From assembly GCF_003231495.1 (NCBI RefSeq), contig NZ_PQWO01000005.1, positions 210,001 to 242,000 of the forward strand: a stretch of DNA of 32,000 nucleotides, given 5' to 3'. Under the pieces are notes generated by a model. That model was not told the DNA's origin, did not search any database, and was given only the letters and a program-made list of their open reading frames with translations. Origin of the DNA: Acaryochloris thomasi RCC1774. GTDB lineage: Bacteria > Cyanobacteriota > Cyanobacteriia > Thermosynechococcales > Thermosynechococcaceae. Shown here piece after piece: positions 15,744 to 24,837 of the stretch. Position 1 is the first letter of the stretch, and each line of letters starts with the position of its first letter. Both the position numbers and the translations under genes were made by a program.

Positions 15744-16622
15744 ATGTCGATCAAACAAATGTCAGGAGGAGCAGGGCCATTCATTGCTCTGTTGTGTGGA
15801 GCGGTAGGGATTGGCTTTGCTCCGATTTTAGTTCGCTTGAGTGAGGTGGGGCCTTCTGCCACGGCCTGCTATCGCTTGCTGCTTGCTCTCCCGTTTTTCT
15901 GGGTGTGGATGCAAACCGAGTCATCGGAGAATGTAAAGCGACCCACGGGCCTAGCCTTAGTTATTTCAGGAGCCTTTTTCGCTGCTGATCTGGCCGTGTG
16001 GCACTGGTCGATTCAGCTCACGTCAGTGGCAAATGCGACGCTATTGGCAAACTTTGCCCCCATCTTTGTCGTGCTAGGAAGCTGGCTGATCTGGGGTCAG
16101 CGTTGCTCTCGTTCATTCTTTGGGGCGGTGATCCTGGTTCTGCTGGGGGCCTGTTTGCTGGTCAGCGCAAGCTTGAAGCTGGATGCTCAATATTTGTGGG
16201 GAGACGCCCTTGGTCTGCTGACGGCGGTTTTTTATGCTGGCTATATGTTGTCCGTCGCTCGCTTGAGGGTGCAGTTTTCAACGGTGGTGGTCTCGCTGTG
16301 GACAAGCCTAGTCGGGGGAGGATTGCTATTGCTCATTGCGCTCATGACTGGAGATCAGATTTTCCCAACTACGCTACAGGGATGGCTGGTGCTCGTTGCT
16401 TTAGCAGTGATTTCTCAAGTGCTGGGCCAGAGCTTAATCATCTATGCCTTGGCTCACTTGCCGACTGCTTTTTCGTCTTTAAGTTTGCTGCTGCAGCCGG
16501 TGGTGGCGGCGCTGTTGGCCTGGGCTTTATTCAAGGAAGCGCTCGGACTGTGGCAGGGGGTGGGTGGCATGATTGTATTGCTGGGTATTGTATTAGCGCG
16601 CCGCACCGAGAGTCCGGCTTAG
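15744..16622 (+). CDS. DMT superfamily (EamA-type) transporter, 10-TM size
   Basis: 292 aa and highly hydrophobic, with two EamA-like halves (IALLCGAVGIGFAPILVRL... and ...LSLLLQPVVAALLAWALFKE). Confidence 0.75.
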   Translation: MSIKQMSGGAGPFIALLCGAVGIGFAPILVRLSEVGPSATACYRLLLALPFFWVWMQTESSENVKRPTGLALVISGAFFAADLAVWHWSIQLTSVANATLLANFAPIFVVLGSWLIWGQRCSRSFFGAVILVLLGACLLVSASLKLDAQYLWGDALGLLTAVFYAGYMLSVARLRVQFSTVVVSLWTSLVGGGLLLLIALMTGDQIFPTTLQGWLVLVALAVISQVLGQSLIIYALAHLPTAFSSLSLLLQPVVAALLAWALFKEALGLWQGVGGMIVLLGIVLARRTESPA

Positions 16623-16638
16623 CGATAGGGATAATTTG

Positions 16639-17703
16639 ATGACGCCAACGCCTCAATTCACAGATCAGCCCTGGAATGAAATCTACAGCGACATTATTGA
16701 TGTGCGATCGCAAGCAGAATTTGCCCAAGACCACATCCCTGGAGCCATCAACCTCCCGGTTCTCAACGACGACCAGCGGGCGCAGGTGGGAACGGTGTAT
16801 AAACAAGAGTCGCCTTTTAAGGCCCGAAAGTTGGGAGCCGCTCTCGTCTCTGAAAATATAGCGATCCATCTACAGCAGTACTTCGCTGACAAGCCCAAGG
16901 ATTATCAGCCGCTGATCTATTGCTGGCGAGGTGGACAGCGCTCGGGCAGCATGGCGCTGGTGTTAACCCAGATTGGCTGGCGAGTGACGCTACTCAAAGG
17001 TGGATATAAGACGTATAGAGCCTGGGTGAGATCGCAACTCGAAACCCTCCCCGAGCAGTTTGAATACCGGATCTTGGCAGGATTGACGGGATCGGCTAAA
17101 ACGCTCATTCTGCAAAATCTATCAGCCCAAGCCCTCGATCTGGAAGGACTTGCCAACCATCGTGGCTCACTGCTCGGTGTGCTATTCGATTCACCCCAGC
17201 CCACACAGAAAGGGTTTGAATCTCGATTGTTAGCGGCTCTCCAGAAGTTAGATCCCAGTCAACCTGTATGGCTAGAGGCTGAAAGCAACAAGATTGGTCA
17301 GGTGTATCTACCTCAAGCGCTGTGGAAGAAGATGCAGGTCTCGACGGGGGTGGAGTTGAAAGTGGGGACTTGCGATCGCGTGAATCATTTACTAGCTGAA
17401 TATCCGCAATGGATTGAGAACCCCGAGCAACTAAAGCAAAAATTGGATCGCTTGATCTCTCGTCACGGCAAGGCCCAAGTTCAGCATTGGGCGACTCTCA
17501 TTAATACTCAGCAGTGGTCAGCATTTGTCCAGTCAATGTTAGAGGACCACTATGATCCGGCCTACAGTCGATCTTTCCAGCAGCAGTATCCGCAGGTGAA
17601 TCAGACTTATGAACTATCGGATTTATCATCCGTAAGCTTAGAAAAACTTCAGGCTCACTTATCGGGGGAAAAACTGTCTATTCAAACTAATAGCCCCGAT
17701 TAA
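16639..17703 (+). CDS. selU: tRNA 2-selenouridine(34) synthase MnmH/SelU
   Basis: It has an N-terminal rhodanese domain (IIDVRSQAEFAQDHIPGAINLPVLNDDQRAQVGTVYKQ), a catalytic loop IYCWRGGQRSGS, then a P-loop region GLTGSAKT. ATG at 16639 (the track starts at TTG 16636). Confidence 0.8.
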   Translation: MTPTPQFTDQPWNEIYSDIIDVRSQAEFAQDHIPGAINLPVLNDDQRAQVGTVYKQESPFKARKLGAALVSENIAIHLQQYFADKPKDYQPLIYCWRGGQRSGSMALVLTQIGWRVTLLKGGYKTYRAWVRSQLETLPEQFEYRILAGLTGSAKTLILQNLSAQALDLEGLANHRGSLLGVLFDSPQPTQKGFESRLLAALQKLDPSQPVWLEAESNKIGQVYLPQALWKKMQVSTGVELKVGTCDRVNHLLAEYPQWIENPEQLKQKLDRLISRHGKAQVQHWATLINTQQWSAFVQSMLEDHYDPAYSRSFQQQYPQVNQTYELSDLSSVSLEKLQAHLSGEKLSIQTNSPD

Positions 17704-18049
17704 CCCAATAATGCCAGTCTTCGATCGCCTGCTGCGTTTTGGCTTCTGCTGCTGGTGCTTCTACCTCGATTAAGGGCACAGCGAATTCGTCCCCCTCAAA
17801 GGCAATTTCCACAAACATTTCCTGTTCGCACTCTTCTTCGGTGGCCATGCCGACCACTTCCACCGCCTCATGTTTCTCTGCAGTAGAATTGCGCTTTTGA
17901 TTAACGCGAATGGCTGGGAATGGGAATTGCATTGTGTCTTGCAAGTAGTAGTACCAACCCATAACTTGCTCTTCTGAGTCATAGGCATCCACGACAATTT
18001 GCATTGTGATGCGCTCTTCGCGCTCAGGGTCTTGGGCAATATTGGTCAT
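17687..18049 (-). CDS. acidic small protein, CcbP-like calcium-binding protein family (from memory)
   Basis: 120 aa. VVDAYDSEEQVMGWYYYLQDTMQFPFPA...MFVEIAFEGDEFAVPLIEVE...QAIEDWHYWVNRGY matches the pattern I recall for cyanobacterial proteins annotated as calcium-binding (CcbP family). Its 3' end overlaps selU convergently by 17 nt. Confidence 0.5.
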   Translation of the reverse strand: MTNIAQDPEREERITMQIVVDAYDSEEQVMGWYYYLQDTMQFPFPAIRVNQKRNSTAEKHEAVEVVGMATEEECEQEMFVEIAFEGDEFAVPLIEVEAPAAEAKTQQAIEDWHYWVNRGY

Positions 18050-18253
18050 ACAACGAGCTCAACCAGCGTCAGTATTGTATCAGCGCGATCGAAGATCCAG
18101 TGTATTGGAGTCAAGTCTCTATCTTCTCAAGATAAAGTTTTAAATTGTGCACGTTCTGGATGACGAATATCTATATCGTGCAGGGCAACCTATTGAAGTA
18201 ATGAGTATTTTTAGTATCTATTGATACCGTTTCATAAATCCTGGAGCACTGAG

Positions 18254-18469
18254 ATGAAAAGAGTTGTGATGGCCCTAGGGGCTGCTGTTGTATTGAGCAG
18301 TGTTGGCGGCATGAGCGAAGCAAAAACGAACAGAAGTGATTCTGCACAAAGAGATAGTCTTACGTCTAGCGGTGGCGTGAGTCTACCCATTCTGTATGGC
18401 GTCATGGGTGCCGTGATGCTAGGTACCTTGGGGGGGATGACCTATATGTTTGTCAAGCCTGCAAAATAA
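18254..18469 (+). CDS. small membrane or secreted protein (71 aa)
   Basis: The ATG at 18254 gives MKRVVMALGAAVVLSSVGGMSEA (signal-like), with a C-terminal hydrophobic helix LPILYGVMGAVMLGTLGGMTYMF. The track start (TTG 18221) is less plausible. Confidence 0.45.
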   Translation: MKRVVMALGAAVVLSSVGGMSEAKTNRSDSAQRDSLTSSGGVSLPILYGVMGAVMLGTLGGMTYMFVKPAK

Positions 18470-18475
18470 GTTGTC

Positions 18476-18988
18476 CTAAGCTTCAGAGGGCTGTGGCCAT
18501 AGATAAATGAGACCTGAAATCAGCGTTAATGCGATCGCAAGTCCGTAGCTCAGCAGCGTCGGTAATTCCCAGCTTGGGGGCAGGGGTGCAATCAGCAGAG
18601 AAACGGCCACAATTTGGCTGACGGTTTTGGCTTTGCCCCATAGATTCGCGCCCGAGATTTGGGTTTGCTGCACTCGCCAACCTGCGATCGCAAGTTCACG
18701 CGTCAGCAGCACCGCCACAGTCCAGGCCGGAATTTGCTGAAGGTCCACCAAGGCAATTAGCGGACAGAGAATCAACAGCTTATCGACGAGGGGATCAAGG
18801 AACTTACCTAGTTCAGTTACCTGGTCAAAGCGACGGGCAACATAGCCATCCAGCCAATCGGTTAGCGCAGCGAGCAAAAAGACCCCCAGACAGATCCAGT
18901 GCGCCATTGGATCGAGTGTTTGGAGGCCATAGAGCAGAATGGGGACGGCCAGCAGCCGAGAAGCCGTAATCCACGTTGCTGGAGTCAT
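18476..18988 (-). CDS. pgsA: CDP-diacylglycerol--glycerol-3-phosphate 3-phosphatidyltransferase
   Basis: 170 aa. The CDP-alcohol phosphatidyltransferase motif appears as DWLDGYVARRFDQVTELGKFLDPLVDK, and the protein has several TM helices. Confidence 0.85.
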   Translation of the reverse strand: MTPATWITASRLLAVPILLYGLQTLDPMAHWICLGVFLLAALTDWLDGYVARRFDQVTELGKFLDPLVDKLLILCPLIALVDLQQIPAWTVAVLLTRELAIAGWRVQQTQISGANLWGKAKTVSQIVAVSLLIAPLPPSWELPTLLSYGLAIALTLISGLIYLWPQPSEA

Positions 18989-18997
18989 AGTATTTGC

Positions 18998-21900
18998 CTA
19001 GAAACGAATTCGATACTCCAGAATGCCGAACGCTTCTCCATCAGTACTGACAGCGCTACGAATCCGCAACTGATCATTAATTTCGTAGCTGAGATTAAAG
19101 AGAGTGGGCTCATCTAGATCGCTGATGATCTGCAGCACTGAAGCTGAGAAGCTATTGGTGAGGTCGTAGCCCACCTCGGCTCCAAACTCTAGCGTAGATC
19201 GGTTGCGGTCATCTTCGTTGGGAATTAACACCGGAAAGACCCTAAAACTGCCGCGACTGCCCAATACATCATCAAAAAGCCCTTCAACCCCTGTAAGAGC
19301 AGCGGTACTGGCAAGGTTCACCAGAGCAAGCTGTGTATCACCTTCCTCTAGTGATTCGGTCACGCCGCCCCCGAGGAGCGCAAAGATCTCACCTTCCGTG
19401 CGGCTGGGGGTGCTGTCTAGCTCTAGAACCCGATCGAAATTACGGGTGAGTTCACTGGCGCGCCCTTCCACGCTGGCCCGTACCCGCACTGATTCAATAT
19501 TGCCCACCGGATTGGTCTGCAGCGCACTGCCTTCATTAAGCGTGGACAGGCGGCTGGCGACGCCGTCGGTGACCGTCGTGACCATGCCCAGACTGAGATA
19601 GGGATCTAGCCCGAACTGCGGCGTGAATTGGGCAAAGTTCTCTCGCCGCCGATCCAAACGAAATCGGCTGGTGAAGAGATTGACGGTGCCGCGACGAAAG
19701 TTAAGAACCCCCTCAGGGCTAAGGTTGTCAATGGAGCCGTTGAGAATTACGTCTCCCGCCGCCGAAAAACTGAGAAGGGGGGGTTGAGCCACGCGCACCG
19801 TGTCCGTGACCGTCACTTTTAAGTCTTTAAACCGTAGCGGCATCGCATTCTCGACCGTATCTGGACTGCTGCCGACGGTTCCCTGTGGGCTGGTTTCCGG
19901 CAGAATCACCTGTCCTTTAGAGAGGGTGATGCCGCCCCCCAGTTGCGGTTTGAATGCCGTGCCCGTGACGATTAAGTTGCCACCAATTTGGCCGCGATAG
20001 AGCCCCTTGAGGCTCAAATCAAGGTTGCGGAGGCTGACCTGAAGCTGATCGGTGCTGCTAGACGCGTAGAGCGGTAGACTCCCGGAGGCCCTCAGGATTC
20101 CTTGGCTGTAACGACCGCTGAGGTTCTTGGCAATGGCGATGCGATCGCGTTCAAATCGAATATCGCCTGAGACGTTAGTGAGCGGCTCATCAAGAGCCTG
20201 GGCCGCAATGATGGCGTTGTTGACCTGTAAACTCCCCGTGACCTGAGGCCGAGCAACGGTTCCCTGGGCTACAACGTTGAGATTGCCCTGACCTTCCCTC
20301 CAGGCCACCTGATCGGTAAATAGATTCAAGACTGAAAGACCCTGATCACGAACGGCTAACCGCACATTGAGCTGGTCGCTCTCTGGGGCAACCGTTGCGA
20401 ACGGGAGCTGATAGGGAATATTGCCGGTCAGTGTAATCGGTTCAGGACTGCTGACATTGGCTGAACCATCGAACTGCAATCGGCCTCGGCTGTAATTGAG
20501 ATCGGCTTGGGCCTGCTGCACCGGAGTTCTATCTAAAGCTGCCTCTGTGACTGAAAAGCGTCCGCGAACCTGGGGGTCTGCCAGTGTTCCGGCCAGCGTT
20601 GCCGCCCCTTCTAAAGAACCTGAGACCTGAAATGGCAACTCTAAAAACTGGTTGAGGGGCTCAATCGGAACATTGGCAAAGGTCAATTTCCCGCCCTGGC
20701 GCTCGCCGCCCACCTGGCCTTCGAACTTGGCAATGCTGTCGCCTGAGGCCGCCTGCAGGGTGTCAAAGGTGAACGCTGTATCTTGCCACTGCCCCTGGAC
20801 CACGATCTGGTCTAGGCTGTAGGGCTGCCATTCAATGTAGCCACTCTTGAGATCAAAGTCACCCTGAAAACCTCGCGCCGTCGATCCCTGGAACTGAATC
20901 TGCCCCACAAGTTGTCCTTCTAAGTCTTCTAGGGGCGGAAAAGGACTCGCTTCTTCCTGCTGTTCTTTCTCTTTCGCAATGAGCTGCTCTATTTCTGTCA
21001 GGCGCTGCAGTTGCGTGAACAGTGGGGCATTGGGTAGGCCCACGGGTACCGTTGTCACATCGGCCGCTGAGCCAAGGGCCGTGAGTTTGTTGTCCAGAGT
21101 CAAGATTTGCCAAGCGGGCACTAAATCGGCTAGCTGGCCGCGCAGTACTTCGATTTCTCCTGATGTTTCAAAGTTGTTGCCAGGGGCGACGCTGGCCGTC
21201 AGTCGGTAACGGCTGTCTCGATAGATTAGATCGGCATCAGTGACGGAGGCTACGCCTTTGGCATAGCGGAGAGACCCAGCAAAGGATTTTCCGAGTAGCT
21301 TGCCGATGCCGGGGCGGTCGATGGCAAACTGTCCCTGCAGGGCGGCGGCGCGGACGTTGGCGGTGAAATCACCTGAAGCCAGTCCAGAAACGGTGCCAAG
21401 GTTGTTGGCGGCCTGGAGGTTGAGCACCTCTAACGGAAACTGGCGCAGCGTTACCCGCAGATCATTGCCCTGAGATCTGCCCAAAGCAATGGCCTGATCG
21501 CGCTTGATGTCGAAAGAACGAGGGAGCTGATCGGGACCGAGGGCGAGGGAGATGCGATCACGAGTCCCTTTCAGCCGCAAATCTAAACCCTGTTCGGCTC
21601 TATATCGAATCGGCCCGCTCAATGGTTCAAAAGCCAGCCGCGTTACGGCCAACTGATTGACGCGCAGCGTCGCGAATAAGTTAGGGGCCGCCACCGTGCC
21701 CGTGAGCCGACCATCCAGATCGGCTCGTCCTGTCAACGGAACAGGCGTGATGCCCTGTGCCTGGAGTCGGCTCAGATCGTATTTTTGAGCTTGGACATTA
21801 AGCGCTAAGGTTGTGAGCTGTAGTCCCTCAGGGCCGTCAAGGTTGACCCCAATCTGGCCACTGGCTAAGAAGTTAGGAGCCGTAGCTCGCTGAACCAAAA

Positions 21901-24220
21901 GTTGCTGTCCATTCCAGCCCACCTGAGCGTTAATGGGATCTTCGACCAGATTAATACCTTCTGAAAACCGCAGCCGCCCCACGCCTTGAGCATTGTTGAG
22001 GCTAAACGTTGAGAAGGGAGCTGTTAAAGCAAACTGTCCCGTCATCTGCCCCCGTAGCGTCGGGTCATAGGCGGGCAACGAGAGACCCGGAATTTCCACG
22101 TTGGCCTGCACCCGATCCCTGGGAATATCGATCAGACCGTTGATGTTGAGATTACCGCCCGGTAGCTGAGTGACCACGTTCTGCAGGCGCGCGAGCTGAT
22201 TGCGAATGATCACCTGCCCCTGGGTGGGGAATTCGCCCTCCAGCGCCTGAAATTCAACCTTTGTTTCGACTTCTTCTGCCGGACCTGACAGAATAATGGG
22301 TCCCTGTACTGGGCCAATTGCAAACCCCGGATCGGCATTGTAAAAACGAGCGACAGCATCCCCAGGGATGTTCTGAGCCTGTAACAATCCCTTGATTTGT
22401 CCTCCTGGTCGCAGATTGTAGCCCACGGCTCCTGTGATTTGTCCGCCTGGCGTGGGCGTCCCTACAATATTTCCGATGGTCAGGTTGGGAGCCTGTAAAC
22501 GGAACTGAGCCGTTAGCCGGTTAAAGGGGACCTCGTCTAGGATCGTCGTCCCTGGCGCGACCATATCTCCTGTCAAAACGGGGTCACTCAAGGCCCCAGT
22601 TACGCGAATATTGCGAGCCTGTACTTTGCCCTGTACGGGAAAAGGCAGTTTCGTCAGTCCCAGTTCGCTGAGGGCTAAATTGGTCTCCATGACCGCCGTT
22701 CTGCCCATTAGGTTAAAGCCGCGTTTGGGATCAATCCAGCCCCCGCCTTGGATCGGGATTTTTCCGTAGAGGGCGGTGGTGTTCTCAAAGCGAGTGGTTA
22801 ATCCCCGCAGCCGCAGTCGGCCGTTCGCTTGGCTGAAGGGTTGAGGGAGGCCCTCAATCTGTCCGGCGACATTGTTGAGTGTAGCGGTGCCCTGCAGGTT
22901 CGGTTGACTGCCTCTTGTAAGTTTGACGAGCAGGTTGACGTTCGCCTGACCCTGACGGAGACGAACCGGTAGATTGTAAGCCTGATCAAGGATATTGGCG
23001 CTGAGGTTGCGACCCTGCACTAATAGATTCAACTGCGGCCAGATCAGCGATCTCTGGTCCTTGAGCGCAATCAGCGCGGCACCTTTCGTTCTGAGGCGTC
23101 CGCCAGAGGCCAAGTTGCCCCGCAGATCAAACTGCACCTGCTGCCGAGGCGTGCCTAAAAATTTGAGGGTGCCGTTGACGCGTCTCAAGTTCTGACGCTG
23201 CTGGCGGTTGTTGTCTAAAAATAGATCCTCAGGTACCCAAACGTTGGCGTCTTGTGCCTGAACGTCACCGGTAATTTTGGGGAGCACCTTAGGCCGATAT
23301 TGGACCTGCAGATCAGTCTGCAGTCGCCTGGCTTGGACTCGGATATTCTCGGAGGTAACGGTGGTGTCAGCGGCCTCAATTTGACCCTTGTAGGCCAGAG
23401 TTAGGGGTTGCTCAGGCTGATAACGAGCCTCTAAGTTACCGCTCACTCGCCCCGATTTAATGGTAATCGGTAAGGTTGGCGCGAGGTCTAGTAGGGGCGG
23501 GACATCTAGATCTTTCAGACTTGCCCATAGCTTCAGGGTTTGTTCGGGTTGCTGCCAGTCAGCTTTAAGGGTGGCCTGCCCACCAGAATCAAGTGTGCCG
23601 GTGGCGTTCAGCCGTAGTGTCTGGTTCTTGTTAGCGAGCGCAAGGGTTCCATTGAGGGGATTGAGCTGCCGGGCCGCTTTGCCCCAAGGCTGCACCTTGA
23701 TCTGCCCCTGGCGTAGCCGGACGGTTTTAATCTCTGTTTTCAGCCAGCTTTTACTGTCTTGGGGAGGCGTGAGTTGGGTGGTTAACCACTGTCCCTCTTG
23801 ATTCTGATCGAGGTACAGGCGGGGATTAATGACGGTGATGTCTAGGTCAATGGTGCGGGTCCACAGAGTCTTCCAGAGGTTGAAGTTGGCTTTAACCGCG
23901 TCGATCTCAACTGAATCTCTGTCGAGGGTGGTACGGCCATTGAGCGTTTGTTCATGGGGGGGAATGCTGGAGGGGCCGATGGCGATGCCGGTAAGGGAGT
24001 AGCCGGTGACGTCCCCTACGTTGACGGGGCGGTTAAGAGATTTGCTGAGGTCCTTGGCGATGGTGGGAGCCAATTCCTGTTTGACGAAGCGATCGCCCCA
24101 CCAAAGACCACCGCCTATGCCTAACAGCAGGAGGCTAAGCACGGGTCTAAACTTACGTCTAGGACGGGTTGGAGGCGAGGAAGTAGGGGGAGTCTCTACT
24201 TCGGAGGAAGGGTCTGACAT
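18998..24220 (-). CDS. tamB: TamB-domain translocation and assembly module protein (cyanobacterial TamB / Tic236 homologue)
   Basis: 1740 aa. An N-terminal anchor (VLSLLLLGIGGGLWWG) is followed by a very long repetitive beta-rich body and a C-terminal DUF490-like end ...FGILEYRIRF. pgsA lies 9 nt downstream on the same strand. Confidence 0.85.
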   Translation of the reverse strand: MSDPSSEVETPPTSSPPTRPRRKFRPVLSLLLLGIGGGLWWGDRFVKQELAPTIAKDLSKSLNRPVNVGDVTGYSLTGIAIGPSSIPPHEQTLNGRTTLDRDSVEIDAVKANFNLWKTLWTRTIDLDITVINPRLYLDQNQEGQWLTTQLTPPQDSKSWLKTEIKTVRLRQGQIKVQPWGKAARQLNPLNGTLALANKNQTLRLNATGTLDSGGQATLKADWQQPEQTLKLWASLKDLDVPPLLDLAPTLPITIKSGRVSGNLEARYQPEQPLTLAYKGQIEAADTTVTSENIRVQARRLQTDLQVQYRPKVLPKITGDVQAQDANVWVPEDLFLDNNRQQRQNLRRVNGTLKFLGTPRQQVQFDLRGNLASGGRLRTKGAALIALKDQRSLIWPQLNLLVQGRNLSANILDQAYNLPVRLRQGQANVNLLVKLTRGSQPNLQGTATLNNVAGQIEGLPQPFSQANGRLRLRGLTTRFENTTALYGKIPIQGGGWIDPKRGFNLMGRTAVMETNLALSELGLTKLPFPVQGKVQARNIRVTGALSDPVLTGDMVAPGTTILDEVPFNRLTAQFRLQAPNLTIGNIVGTPTPGGQITGAVGYNLRPGGQIKGLLQAQNIPGDAVARFYNADPGFAIGPVQGPIILSGPAEEVETKVEFQALEGEFPTQGQVIIRNQLARLQNVVTQLPGGNLNINGLIDIPRDRVQANVEIPGLSLPAYDPTLRGQMTGQFALTAPFSTFSLNNAQGVGRLRFSEGINLVEDPINAQVGWNGQQLLVQRATAPNFLASGQIGVNLDGPEGLQLTTLALNVQAQKYDLSRLQAQGITPVPLTGRADLDGRLTGTVAAPNLFATLRVNQLAVTRLAFEPLSGPIRYRAEQGLDLRLKGTRDRISLALGPDQLPRSFDIKRDQAIALGRSQGNDLRVTLRQFPLEVLNLQAANNLGTVSGLASGDFTANVRAAALQGQFAIDRPGIGKLLGKSFAGSLRYAKGVASVTDADLIYRDSRYRLTASVAPGNNFETSGEIEVLRGQLADLVPAWQILTLDNKLTALGSAADVTTVPVGLPNAPLFTQLQRLTEIEQLIAKEKEQQEEASPFPPLEDLEGQLVGQIQFQGSTARGFQGDFDLKSGYIEWQPYSLDQIVVQGQWQDTAFTFDTLQAASGDSIAKFEGQVGGERQGGKLTFANVPIEPLNQFLELPFQVSGSLEGAATLAGTLADPQVRGRFSVTEAALDRTPVQQAQADLNYSRGRLQFDGSANVSSPEPITLTGNIPYQLPFATVAPESDQLNVRLAVRDQGLSVLNLFTDQVAWREGQGNLNVVAQGTVARPQVTGSLQVNNAIIAAQALDEPLTNVSGDIRFERDRIAIAKNLSGRYSQGILRASGSLPLYASSSTDQLQVSLRNLDLSLKGLYRGQIGGNLIVTGTAFKPQLGGGITLSKGQVILPETSPQGTVGSSPDTVENAMPLRFKDLKVTVTDTVRVAQPPLLSFSAAGDVILNGSIDNLSPEGVLNFRRGTVNLFTSRFRLDRRRENFAQFTPQFGLDPYLSLGMVTTVTDGVASRLSTLNEGSALQTNPVGNIESVRVRASVEGRASELTRNFDRVLELDSTPSRTEGEIFALLGGGVTESLEEGDTQLALVNLASTAALTGVEGLFDDVLGSRGSFRVFPVLIPNEDDRNRSTLEFGAEVGYDLTNSFSASVLQIISDLDEPTLFNLSYEINDQLRIRSAVSTDGEAFGILEYRIRF

Positions 24221-24434
24221 TATGGCGCTCGCGGGGTGGGCGAGTGTAGCGGTTATATATAGTAGATGTTCTGGGTGTGAGTTGGGTGTGACCCGGCTTG
24301 ATTGTTTGCTAAAACTCTACAGGAGGAACCAGCGCTTGCTATCATGGCACAGAAAAATGGTGCTTAGATTAATCGGCTCTTTAAAGCCTAAATCGGTCAA
24401 GATCGTGCACACTGACCTTTAGCCAGACGAAATC

Positions 24435-24812
24435 ATGGAAGTGTTTGTTCTGCTTTTCAATGTGGGGACTGATAATGAGGGCATTCATACGCTCAAGGTC
24501 AACCCGCCGGATGGAGAAGATATGGTGCTGGCGTTTGAGGCTGAGGATGATGCGACCCGATTTGCGGTGTTGCTAGAGGCCCAAGATTTCTTGGAGCCGA
24601 CGGTGGAACCGATTGATGAAGAGGAAATCAAGGCGATTTGTTCGCAGTCGGGATTGGGGTACAAGTTTGTTCCTGAGGGCCAGTTAGAAATCCCGCCTGA
24701 GCAAAATATGGATGCAACGCTGTGGCAGGAGAATCAAAAACCGGAGCCGGCTGGCCCGCCGCAGGATAACCTGGATGATATCCGGCGGCAGCTAGAGAGA
24801 TTGCTAGAGTGA
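24435..24812 (+). CDS. DUF3110 domain protein
   Basis: 125 aa. VFVLLFNVGTDNEGIHTL...LAFEAEDDATRFAVLLEAQDF is the conserved cyanobacterial/plastid DUF3110 pattern as I recall it. Confidence 0.65.
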   Translation: MEVFVLLFNVGTDNEGIHTLKVNPPDGEDMVLAFEAEDDATRFAVLLEAQDFLEPTVEPIDEEEIKAICSQSGLGYKFVPEGQLEIPPEQNMDATLWQENQKPEPAGPPQDNLDDIRRQLERLLE

Positions 24813-24837
24813 CCAACCGTTTCGCAATTGGAGTTTC

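Noticed and set aside
15998-16639. 213-aa plus-strand ORF overlapping the DMT transporter in another frame
   Set aside because: Its G/A/R-rich translation has no membrane or domain character, while the 15744-16622 frame gives a clean 10-TM EamA protein.
19203-24422. Multiple 60-140-aa ORFs inside or antisense to tamB
   Set aside because: They are shadow ORFs within a 5.2-kb continuous TamB reading frame, with S/R/P-rich low-complexity translations.
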